Shown here one piece after another: positions 38,361-49,474 of a stretch of 64,000 nt of DNA. Where the stretch lies: positions 81,346,001 to 81,410,000 of the forward strand of contig NW_024704743.1 of NCBI RefSeq assembly GCF_018977255.1, in the 5' to 3' direction. The notes below the pieces were generated by a model. That model was not told the DNA's origin, did no database searches, and was given only the letters and a program-made list of their open reading frames with translations. Numbering within the stretch: the stretch's first letter is position 1; every line of letters starts with the position of its first letter. This stretch comes from Callorhinchus milii (lineage: Eukaryota). Made by a program: the position numbers and the translations under genes.

Positions 38361-40339
38361 AGGAATTTTGTTCCTTCAAGAAAGACTGAAGGAACAAAAT
38401 TTCACATTATTGAGATATAAAAAAGTTTTAAAAAGATCAAATCTATGATGCGCATGACAAGAGAAAAGAGTTGCATGTTAGGAATATGAAGGATTTCATT
38501 TAATTTCACACTGCGCTGTTGGAATTAAATTATTCAACCAAAATCTGCTGTTAAATTCAATAGGAGATAATCTGCCGTAGAAACAAGATTTTTGAAAGAA
38601 AATAAAATTGTACTGAGGCCATAAGTAATGAAAACAGATTACATTAAGATTGTTCTGATAGTAATTGATTTTTCAAATGTCATTGCTATTGTGAACGGAT
38701 GTTTCAAAAGTGCTAAATAAAAGGAACTACCAGCGAGCAGCAGAGACGAGGATATTTAGTCTTCAGGTTTGCAATTTATTATTTTATGTAGAAAGATCAT
38801 TTATAGTAAGGAATTAATTTGTTTCAAATAAAACTGTATTATGGATGAACTATCTATATCTAAACATTTATATACCAATTGCTCGCATTTTATTGAAACA
38901 AAAGGAGCACAGAATATGTAATCAAAACACTGAGACTTCTTTAGGAAACTTCTCTTTATTAAATCTTGCTAACACACACTCGGTTATTTTGTGATCGAAC
39001 TGGAGAAGTCAGTTAAATAGTAGCATTGCCAAAACACAAATTAAAAACAGTTTTTGTTTTGTTTTTCTCTTCTTGTATTCATTAACTGTTGCTGACACTA
39101 CATTTTTCCTTACTTTCTCCCTTTACCGCACTAGACTCAATTTCTCTCAGAACACGTAACATTTTCCAACCAAAAACTATGTGTCGTCCAACATAGTTCT
39201 CTTTACTGCAAAACCACTTGAGAGTTGCGGCTGCATTTTTCCACCAGAAACTGTTGCATAGAACAATCAAAATCTGGCAATAATAAGGCAATAATCTAAC
39301 TGAAAGTGTTGGAGCGTGACCCAAATGGTTTACAATTGTCTCTGAATGTCGAGTTGAGATTGACGCTCTGAAATCGGTTATTTTACAATATATATATTTT
39401 GGAATCCATGATGCTTTAACCAGTATTTAAATTTATTGGATTTTGTGGTGTTTAGCCATATTTGTTACAGCAAACTATTTGTTTATTTCCGGACTATACT
39501 TCAAACATTAAATGAAGTTTGCCACCAGCTGCTTAGGGGACAGATTATTTGTGATCTCTTAGGAGTGAAATTCATCAAATACTCTCTCTTTCTCTGATCT
39601 AGATTTGAACCCCAGGTTTGAGATCTTGAAATGCAACATCAGTAAATCTTTGGCAGATGTTACTTTAAATACAGCTTTATTTGGATGCTCGTCGGCTGTT
39701 TTTCTTTATGTAACACCCTTATCCTATCATAGTGCAGCCTCATTACAGCACCTTTCTATTATGTGTTGGCATTCACACACTCTACATTCAAATCTACTCC
39801 TTGCTGTGTCAATGTCATTCTAGGTTTTAACTGTGCATTTTAAAATTACATTCCTCAAAATTCATATAAACATAAATATCACAGCACAGAAACAGGCTAT
39901 TTGGCTCATTGTGCCTGTGCCAGCTATCTGACAGATCCATTCGTTTAAGTCCCACTTCCCAGTCATTCCCCCATTCTTTTCAATATTTATCAGTCCATCA
40001 ACTTTTTAAAAATACTTGAACATTTTATAATTTGTTTAAATAGCAAACAAGCATTTAATATGCGTTTAAAAGTTAGTGTCTTAAGGGTGAAGATTTTCAA
40101 TGGGATTTATTAGAAAGTCATTCTGACTTGCAAGAACTCCAACGTAAAACAATCTACATTTCAAATGGAGTTCCTATAGGTTGGAGAGATATTCCTGTAG
40201 GTCGGAGTGAAGTACTTCTAGTTACCTTAAGGCCCCAACCCCTCGGATTCTTTATAAAATATTAGATACTAGAGTTACCCTGCATGACCTACAAACCTGA
40301 AAGTAAGAGGATTTAATGCTTAAATTTTACTGTCTATCC

Positions 40340-43300
40340 AACAACAACAACAAAATTACATTTGTATAGCGCCTTTCACGTCGGGAGGATGTCCCAAGGT
40401 GGTGGACAGTCAGAGTTTCGGGTCCGAGTTGGGGGTCGGGATTGGAGAGGGTGGATGGCGGGGTGTGGGGGGGGGGGAAGCAGGGTGATCGAAAGCAGTT
40501 GAAGAGGAGAGTCTTGGGATGGGTGTTGAAGGAGGTAAGGAAGGGGCCGAGGCAGAGGGAATGCGAGATGGAGTTCCAGAGGGTGGGGGCAGAGTGACAG
40601 AAGGCCCACCCACCAATAGTGGGGCAAGCAAGGCAAGAAACATGAAGCAGGCTGGGGCCCGCTGAGTGGAGATAGCGAGCAGGATGGTAGGGGGTTAGGA
40701 GGTCACAGAGGTCGGGGGGAGCAACAACAACTTGGATTTATATAGCGCACTCCACGCCGGACGGCATCTCAGAGCACTTCACAGTAACAGATCCAGGGGC
40801 TGAGCCAGGGAGAGGAAGGTGACCAAAGGCGCGGTCGAAAGGAAAGGTCTTCAGCAGCGACCTGAAGTAGGTAGAGAGGAGGCGAGGCGAAGAGAGTGAG
40901 GAAGGGAGTTACAGAGCCTCGGGGCATAGTGGCTGAAAGCACGGCCGCCGAGTGTGGAGCGGAGGACTCGGGGGACAAGGAGGAGGCCAAACCCGGAGGA
41001 ACAAAGGTAATGGACACTGTTTTGAGGAGAGAGAAGGTCAGAGAGGTAGGGGGGGTGCAGAGGAGTGGAGGGATTTGAAAACAAGGGTGAGGATCTTGAA
41101 ATCGATCCTCTCTGGGATAGGCAGCCAGTGCCGTCTGGCAAGGACGTGGTAATCGGGGAGCGGAGTTTGGTGCGGGTGAGAATGCGGGCGGCAGAGTTTT
41201 GAATAATCTGGATTTTATGGATGGTAGTGGACAGGAGACCGATGAGGAGGGCGTTTGAATAGTCCAGCCGAGAGGTGACAAAGGCATGGACCAGGGTTTC
41301 AGCGGCTTTTGGAGTGAGGTATTAGCGGAGACGGGTGATGCATCGGAGGTGGAAGAAAGCGGTGCTGGTGAGGGACCGGATGTGGGGGAGGAAGGATAAT
41401 TGGAGGTCGAACCTGACACTTATGTTGCATACGGGTTCGGAGAGTTTTAGCGGGAGGTTGGGTAGGTGGAGGAGGTGAGAACCGTGAGATTTCAGACGTT
41501 GACGAGAGCCAAAGAGTATGGCTTCCGTCTTGTCAACGTTCAGCTGAAGGAAATCTGCGCTCATCCAGCCCCTGAGGTCTGACAGGCAGGCTGACAGAAC
41601 ATCAGGGGACTGGGGGGTCGCAAAGAGAGATGGAAAAATAGAGTTGGGTGTGAGTCTGCGGATGACATCCCCAAGAGGGAGCATGTAGATCAGAAAGAGG
41701 AGGGGACCAAGGATGGATCCTTGGGGTACCCCGCAGGTAACCGGGTGAGAGTGGGAGGAGAAGCCGTTGTGCAGATGTACTGCTGGCGGTTTGTGAGATA
41801 GGACTCGAACCAGGCGAGTGCGGTCCCACTGAGATGGATGACGGAGGAAAGGCAGTGGAGGAGGATGGCGTGATCGACTGTGTAGAACGCGGCGGAGAGG
41901 TCCAGGAGGACAAGGAGGCAGAGAGAGCCCTGGTCACAGATAGAGAGGATGTCGTTTGTGACTTTCACAAGCGCAATCTCTGTACTGTGGGTGGAAACCG
42001 GACTGAAGGGGTTCAAAGAGGGAGTGGAAGGAGAGGTGTGCGTGAAGTTGATTGGCAACAACACGTTCTAGAACTTTTGAGAGGAAGGGCAGGTCAGAAA
42101 TAGGGCAGTAATGGCTGGGGTTTGAGGGATCTAGGGAGGGTTTTTTGAGGAGGGGGGTGATGACAGCAGTTTTGAGGGGGGCAGGGACTGATCCGGAGGA
42201 GAGGGACTGGTTGATGGCGTCAGCCAATAATGGGCAGAGGAGGGGGAGCTGTGTGAACAGTAAGTTGGTGGAGAGGGGGTCGAGGCAGCAGGTGCTGGGT
42301 TTCATGGAGGTGATGGTAGGTTAGAGGGAGGAGGGATAGATGGGGAGGAAGGAATGTAGGTTGGGGGTGGTGGTAGGAGCAGATGATGGGGAGGGTGAGG
42401 AGAACAGAGAGGGCATGGTGGTGGGTGACAAGAAGCAGGTGGATGAGGCTGCTTGGTGGATGTTGTGAATTTTAGATGAAAAGAAGTCCATGACCTCCTC
42501 GCACTTGGCATTTGATATGAAGATTGAGGGGGCCTGAAGCAGCCAGAGGAGTAGGGGGTAAGACCAAGGGAGGCTTTGGAAATGAAGGCCACCCCGCTGC
42601 CACGTTGGTTTGGACAGGGGGTGTGGTGGAAGTTGTGGCCTGGAGGGGAGTCTTCCACTAGGGGGACAGGGTCATTGGGGGAGAGCCAGATTTCGGTGAG
42701 CCCAAGAATGTCAAGGTGCTCGTCCAGGATGAGGCCGTGGATGGTGAGGGCTTTGTTTGAGAGGGAACGGACGTTTTGGAGGGAAATGTGGGTGGGTTTG
42801 CTGGAGGGAGGGGAGTGAGGAGAGGGAGGAGAAAGTGATGCGGAGAGGATTTTGGGTTGTATAGGAGAGATGGTTGTGGAGAGTGGTGTGAGTGGAGAGT
42901 TGGAGAGGGTACGTATGAGGGAGAGGGAAGTTGGGTTTGCCTTAAGGAGGCGGTTTGAGCGGAGGGAGTAAGTGATGGAAACCCGTGGGGTTGCTGCTCT
43001 GGAACAGCCAGTGCCGGGAGCCACGATGGGCCCGGCGGAGGATGCCCAGGCTGGAGCAGAGGGAAGTGGTGATGCGGTCGAGGAGAGAAAGAAGGCGGAA
43101 AGGGAGGTGGTAGAGAAGGATAGAGGGGGAGTAGCGGATAGAGGGGGGTGGGAGGAGAGACATTTAGAGTGGAGGGGGAGGCTCGGGTCGGGGCGGCAGC
43201 CAAAATGTGCAAGCAGAGACCGGGAGCGAGCGATCAGTGGGATGGTATCAGCTCCACAGGCTCGGTCTCCCAGGTCATGGCAGTGGCAGCAGCTGCCAGG

Positions 43301-43735
43301 CCATTGTTGTTGTTGCTTTTTTTTTTAACTGACGTCACGTCGACGTCACTTTGTGAATTGAACAAGACCATGGAGGGCTTTGAAGGTGAGGATCAGGATC
43401 TTGAACTGTATCCTCTGTGTGATGGGAAGTCAGTGGAGTCAGGCGAGGGTGGGGGTGATAGGGTCACGGAACCTAGTGTGGGAGAGGACACGGGTGCAGA
43501 GCTCTGGATGATCTGCAGCCTGTGGAGGGAGGAGTTGGGGAAGCCGACAAGCAGTGAGTTTGCATAGTCAAGCCTTGATGTAATGAAAGCATGTATAAGG
43601 GTTTTGACGGTCTGTGGTATGAGACAGTGGCAGAACTAGGCGACATTGCGGAAGTGGGGGAAGGCAGAACTGTGAGGTAGAAAGGATAGTTGAAGGTCAA
43701 ACAAGACCCAAGATTCTGGACTGGCTTAGTAAGGA
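40340..43735 (-). mobile_element. Host L2 3' fragment (40340-40724 and 43360-43735) split by a nested L2
   Basis: Host reads through as ggggggagcaa|gaccatggagggc once the insert is removed. Confidence 0.7.
40725..43359 (-). mobile_element. Nested ~2.6-kb L2 LINE, degenerate; partial APE endonuclease plus RT, internally deleted
   Basis: LQNVRSLSNK, DILGLTEIWL, RGSGVAFI (APE); [53 protein letters not shown] (RT); (GTT)n tail; frameshifts. Confidence 0.9.
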
Positions 43736-44964
43736 AGACAAATCATGTGGCAGACTTTGTTCACAATGTGGTGGCCACTGAAATACATTTTATAGTAAGT
43801 GTAGCTGGGACGTTTCATCCCTGAGAAATAAAGACATCTGTGTGCGCGGATGTATATATTATATAACATATAATAAAGATGTAACGCAATTTGTGCAAGC
43901 TTTTCTTAGTCTACCTAAAGGTAGCAGAATCTTATAGTAGACCGTATGTCCAGGTGTTTTATGCCTCTTCACATTATATTTGTAAAAGCTGGCAGCAAAG
44001 AAGGTAGAGAAAGACTTTATATGAGAATTGACAGATACAGAGGCAGTAAGAAACTCATAGTTAATGGATATGACATGGCTACATTCCTTTAAAGCGATTT
44101 TGTCAGGTGAATGATTAACTTTGGCACTCTCACCTGCTGAAATGTCTTTAATCCAAAATGCCTCAAGAGTTCTCAGGTGCAGGACCTTCATAGGACCTTT
44201 AGCCCACACAGTCAATATAGTGTAAAGTACTATGCATGTAAATCATCATGAAAATCACACATTTTCTCATCATTTAGTACTACAATTGAACTGTATATAT
44301 CAAAATATTAAAGAGTAATCCAAAAAAGCAAATACAACATGACCACTATGATTTGGAATCATTTTCATTTCAATTCACTGTCAATGGGACAAACTAATTG
44401 TAAAAGGGCAGGAAAATATATTAAATATACATTCAGAGTTGGGTCATGTCTGAGGCTAGCTTCTTTTTATGTAAAGTTGGAACATTTCTGCAACCCAAAT
44501 TTATAAAAAAAATTAAATATTAAGATATTCAACTTGCTAAAAACCTAATTCTGCAATTAAGCTTTTTTCAAAATCATAAAACTTATAAGCTACTTCTCCA
44601 AATGTTCAATTTTATATATTTTTTGAGATATGATGCATCAATGTGTGCAATTGATTAAGGTTACAGATTAAATCTTGTTTTATACCGAAATACATATTTC
44701 TTTTAAAGGAATGTAGCCATGTCATGTTCATTAACTATGCTGTTAAGGGTTTAACATGCACATTGATAAACCTGGCCATCTCCCTGTCACTAATAAATTC
44801 ATTTATTTGCATTCATGTACATGTCAGCTTCCTGTGGCTAATGTTACTATAAATGAGCATCAAACAGATTAAGTTGGCAGGCACTTGAATTATCTGATAA
44901 TAAGAAAAAATGGGTTGCTTCATTTGCTCAAGCATTGATAACCATTAATATTAATATTAACGGG

Positions 44965-45270
44965 TCAGGGCGAAACGTTGCGCAACTTTCCTTACTGTTT
45001 ACCTAGCAATAAGTAGGAACCCGTTTTTTAGCCGATTGGTGGATCACTTTCCTGGAGTAAGAATCCCTCCAAAAAATAATAAATAAAAATAATAATTTGG
45101 TCACTCAACCCACGGCTGTTTGTGGAACGCTGCTGCGAGTAATTGGCTGCCGCATGTAGCCCACAAAACAGTCAATCCACTTTACAGTATGTTCTGTGAA
45201 GCGCTTTGAGACATCTCAAAGACGTGATAAGCGCTATATCAAATATAAGGACTATTATTATTTATTATTA
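44965..45270 (+). mobile_element. SINE (long subfamily, 5'-truncated)
   Basis: Starts at cagggcgaaacgttg; ends in (ATT)n. Confidence 0.85.
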
Positions 45271-45983
45271 TGCTAAAGTGTTTTTTCAGTCTTTTATCTA
45301 ACATTACACATTTTGCAGTAGGATTTGCAATAATGAACCGGTTAACCCCTTGAGCAAATGTCAAAATAGGAAAGTGTCATTTTGTTTTCTGATAATTCTT
45401 CGTTTCCAATTGTTTAATGCATGTGGCGTGTTCTTCTTTTAAAAAAAAACCTATACAGGTGAAGATTTAAGTTTATGTACTGAAATCATGCTTGAAATTT
45501 AAGTTAGTGTTTGTTCAATAATTCAGTTTCATTTAATGCTTATGTAGAATTTTATAATGCAACAACAATTTTCATTTATATACAATCGAATTTACACTTA
45601 TGGCGACTTTCACATCAGGAGATATCTCAAGTGCTATACAAAGCTAACTAAGCACCCAAGGTGAGGGAGGGGGGAACACCACACAATGGGGGGGGAGGGT
45701 GATGATAATGATGAAAAGCATTGTTGAAGAGATAGGTCTTAAGACGGGCTTTAAATGTGAGGAAAGCCCGGGAGTGGGGGTGGGGGTGGGCAGCGACACT
45801 CAGATAGAGAGAAGCAACAGAATCACTGAAAGCTCACTCACTGGTGGTGGGTGAATGGACAGGAACACGATACTAAAGAAAATTAAGGACATACAATATT
45901 TAATATGCATTACTTAAAAAAAGACAATAACAGGATTTTATATAGTATCGTACATTTGCTAATAAATAAGGCACAGACTGCTG

Positions 45984-46035
45984 GATTCATAGTGCTGCTA
46001 GATTCATAGTGCTGCTAGATTCATAGTGCTGCTAG
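45984..46035 (+). repeat. 17-bp tandem repeat x3 (GATTCATAGTGCTGCTA)
   Basis: Three exact copies. Confidence 0.9.
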
Positions 46036-47387
46036 CATTGCAACACTAATAGGTATTGGGAGGTAGTGGAATAGATCAGACTCTATAATGTGAGATTTGT
46101 TAGCCAACTGTTAGTTAAGTCAAGCCTTGACCTTCAGGGAGGAACTAGTCTATCATGGTGTTGACCTGTTCATGCCAGGTATTGAGTTCATGCTTGGAGA
46201 AGGTTTCCAGTTAAAATATGTGCCCAATTTCAGATTAATTCTCTTGTTTTGTTTTTAAACTAAAAAATGCAATTGTGCTCCAATTTTCTCCTCTGAAGGA
46301 GTTGATTCATGCTGGGTATAGTTTCATGGGAAGCCAGAGGAGTTTTGTGTTACTTTGCTCAAGTGGCCAAACATGCACTGTTTGCTATGTAACCAATCCA
46401 ATTATTGAATTTATTAAGTATAATACAATTACTTTACATAACAGAGAGCATTAATTTGCTTCTGAAAGGAATGAGTTAGATTTCCAGAAATGGAGTAAAA
46501 GATGCACTATAACAAAGATTTTGTTTACACTCTTGGTACAACTGCCCAGCTTTGAAAAGAAAATACAAATAACTCATTATGACTTCTACAGGTTGGCTTC
46601 AACTCCAAACACTGTTACTGACAATAATAAACAATAATTATTTGTTTCATTTAGGAAATGTTTCACCTTTCACAGCACTGTTTTGGGTGAAGCCATGTAC
46701 TAATGCAGCCATGACCCAAACCACTAGACTTAATGGCAACAATGAATGCTCCACTAAGTCTTAAACAGAAGCAATTCAAACAGTTGAAGCCAGAGTCCCC
46801 TGTTACAACCCACAATGTTCAGTTTTTCTATGTGAACTTGCAGTGAGAAGTGCTCATTGATATCATTGTTTGGGCTAACAGGCCAGGTTACTGTCAGTTT
46901 GGATGAGGACAATACAGTTAGTGAAGTTTTATTGGCAGAGGTATTGAGCCTCTCACTTAAGTCAGGTTTTAAGCCTGCAACCAATCTCACCAGTCCTTCA
47001 AGATTTATTGCACTTTTTAGATTTAGACCAGTCAGGTTTTAAGCCTGCAACCAATCTCAGTTTAAAGTCAAGGTTGAAGGATGCCAGATTGAAAGAGGAA
47101 AATAAATTCTTAATTTAAGTAAACCAAATGCAGATTTTCTCAATGCTACTGCTCACCTTTCGTCGTTCTTTGATTGAAAGTAATATTCTATTTAAGACTG
47201 ATTTGGCCCACTCAAGAATGAGTCGTCTCTTGGAAAGAGGTTAAACTTATCTGTCCATTGCATTCTCTTTCAAAGTTTGGAACTGAAGACTCTGCCTTAA
47301 CAATATTAAGGAACTCTGGTGCTGCTGGCAGAATCACTGGTTCTGCAATTCTTTCATAGTACAACCACACTACAGCACCTTTCGATT

Positions 47388-47585
47388 ATCATAGACTCAT
47401 ACAGCACAGAAGGAGGCCATTCGACCCATTGTGTCTGTGCCGGCTCGTTGAAACGAACTATCCAAATGAATCCCTCTCTCCCATAGCCCTGCAAACTTGT
47501 ACTTCCCAAATAATTATCTATTTCTCTCTTAAAAGCTGTTATCGAATCGGCTTCCACCACCCTTTCAGGTAATGCATTCCAGCAT
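47388..47585 (-). mobile_element. CR1 LINE 3' tail
   Basis: Minus-strand VVEADSITAFKREIDNYL...QGYG plus the ggccattcgaccc tail. Confidence 0.75.
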
Positions 47586-48017
47586 TATGTGGTGACATTC
47601 ATACACTCTACATTTAAATCCACTCTTTACTGTAGATGTTACTTTAGTCTAAGTCCGAGTTTGTCAACATGCATTCGTAAATCCAGCACCCTGAATGGCT
47701 TGCAGAGAGGTAAGAAGCGGTTGCTTCAGCTCCTCACCTTCCAACTCAAGTAACAATCGCTCATTGGAAAGAGATGTGTGTCTGAGCTGTGGACAGGATT
47801 TTTTTTTCTTTGGTCAGCCGGATGTCTGACACATGCAGAAACCCATCACCATGCTTAAGAGTATCCAAACCAAGCTGAGATTTCCATGCATCCCACCTAC
47901 ACATGGAAATCCCATAGATAGATTGTTTGAAGGGAATGCGCACTCCCTCCTGGAGGGACCCATCCTGTTTACCTAATTCCAGAAAGTATTAGGCACAGGC
48001 TGGCAAGAGTCCATGAA

Positions 48018-49024
48018 ATCTTTAATATCCACGGTAACAGGCAGACTATTCGGGACTTTAATTTAATGTCTCATCCGGAGGATGGCTCCTTCAATAATGT
48101 ATTACTATCCTCAGCACTGTGTTGGAATGCCAGCCTAGACCATGAGCTCAAAGTCCCATCATGGGGCTAACAACCAGTGAAAGAAATGACAGGTATTTTG
48201 TGGAATCCTTTGTAACAGTGTGTGGGGATTGGAGAGAGATATCTGAATGCACAAAAAGGTAGGTTTTTAGAAAGATTTTGAAATCAGAAAGAGAGGGAAC
48301 TGGGCAGAAGGATTAAGGGAGAATTGTAGAAAGCAAAGACAAAGTTGCTTAAAACCTTGCCCAATGTTAGTGGGACAGAGTTGAGAGACGAACAGGTGAG
48401 AGTTAGCAGAGTGCCGGGAGTGGGTAGGAGAGTAGTAGTGCAGAAGATCGCAGATCTACTGGTTATTCTACAACTGTTGAGAAAAGTGAATTCTATGATG
48501 ACTATTGAGTCAAAAACAGATCTCAAACATGAACGTTTAATGTGGATATCCAGAAGGGCATCATGCTCTTCGATGCAATCTACTGTTGGGAGTGGAGTTT
48601 CAGCAGGTTGGTGAAACATACTTCTAGTTTACCAGGAGAAGTGCCCCTTGGATTCCTTAAACAATTATCCTGTTTAAAATCACAACTTTTTTTAAGGCTC
48701 CATAATCGTCTAAACTCACTTCAGGTTTGTATCCCGAAGCATGTAAGGGCTCCATATTTTGTTTTGGTTGGCCGGGTGTCTGACATGTGCGGAAACCCAT
48801 CACTATGCTTAACAGTATCCAAACCAAGCTGAGATTTCCATGCATCCCACCTACACATGGAAATCCCATAGACAGATTGTTTGAATGGAATGCGCACTCT
48901 CTCCCTGGAGGGACCCATCCTGCTTACCTAATTCCAGAAAGTATTAGGCACAGGTTGGCAAGAGCCAAGACTTGGGGACCCCAGAGTGTGCGTTGGGGTA
49001 CTGCTTGTGTCTAACCAGCTAAAA
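48018..49024 (+). repeat. ~1-kb duplicated segment (partner of 31212-32495), SINE-free copy
   Basis: Colinear high similarity; a third partial copy lies at 47810-48009. Confidence 0.92.
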
Positions 49025-49120
49025 CCGCATAGAGTGCCACTGTCAAGCACTCTGGGACACTACCCCACATGAAGGGCGCTATATAACTGTAAGTTTTTTT
49101 TGTTTTTGTAGTTTGCCATT

Positions 49121-49474
49121 GGAGTCCTGTAGCTCAGTGGTTAGAACACTTGCCTCGCAAGCGAGAGGATCTGGATTTGATTCCAGGCAGGGCAAAACGT
49201 TGGGCAAGTTTCCTTACTCAACATGCCTCTGTTTCCCCAGCAGTAAATAGGAAGCCGGTTGTTAGTCGATTGGTGTTCTGGGGTAATAATTTCTTCAAAA
49301 AAATAATAATAAATTGGTCACTCAATCCCTGTTTGTGGGACACTGCTATGCGCAATTGGCTTCCACGTTTCACGCAAAAATATACAATCAATTTACAGTA
49401 TATTCTGTGAAGTGCTTTGAGACATCTCGAAGACGTGATAAGGTGCTATATCAAATGCAAGGATTATTGTTATT
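49121..49474 (+). mobile_element. tRNA-derived SINE (long subfamily)
   Basis: Full head, internal segment and tail. Confidence 0.88.

Noticed and set aside
38400..39500. 3'UTR-like AT-rich stretch with AATAAA on +
   Set aside because: No linked exon was found, and AATAAA is common by chance in AT-rich intron DNA.
39602..39823. Acceptor-like tctag|AT TTG AAC CCC (DLNP...) as a COL14A1 short terminal exon
   Set aside because: It lies beyond the COL14A1 polyA signals inside the MRPL13 intron and similarity ends after four residues; 24075 is the better candidate.
40769..43567. Long Pro/Ser-rich or Gly/Glu-rich ORFs of 100-240 aa
   Set aside because: They are alternative frames and antisense of a frameshifted L2 element with strong strand compositional skew.
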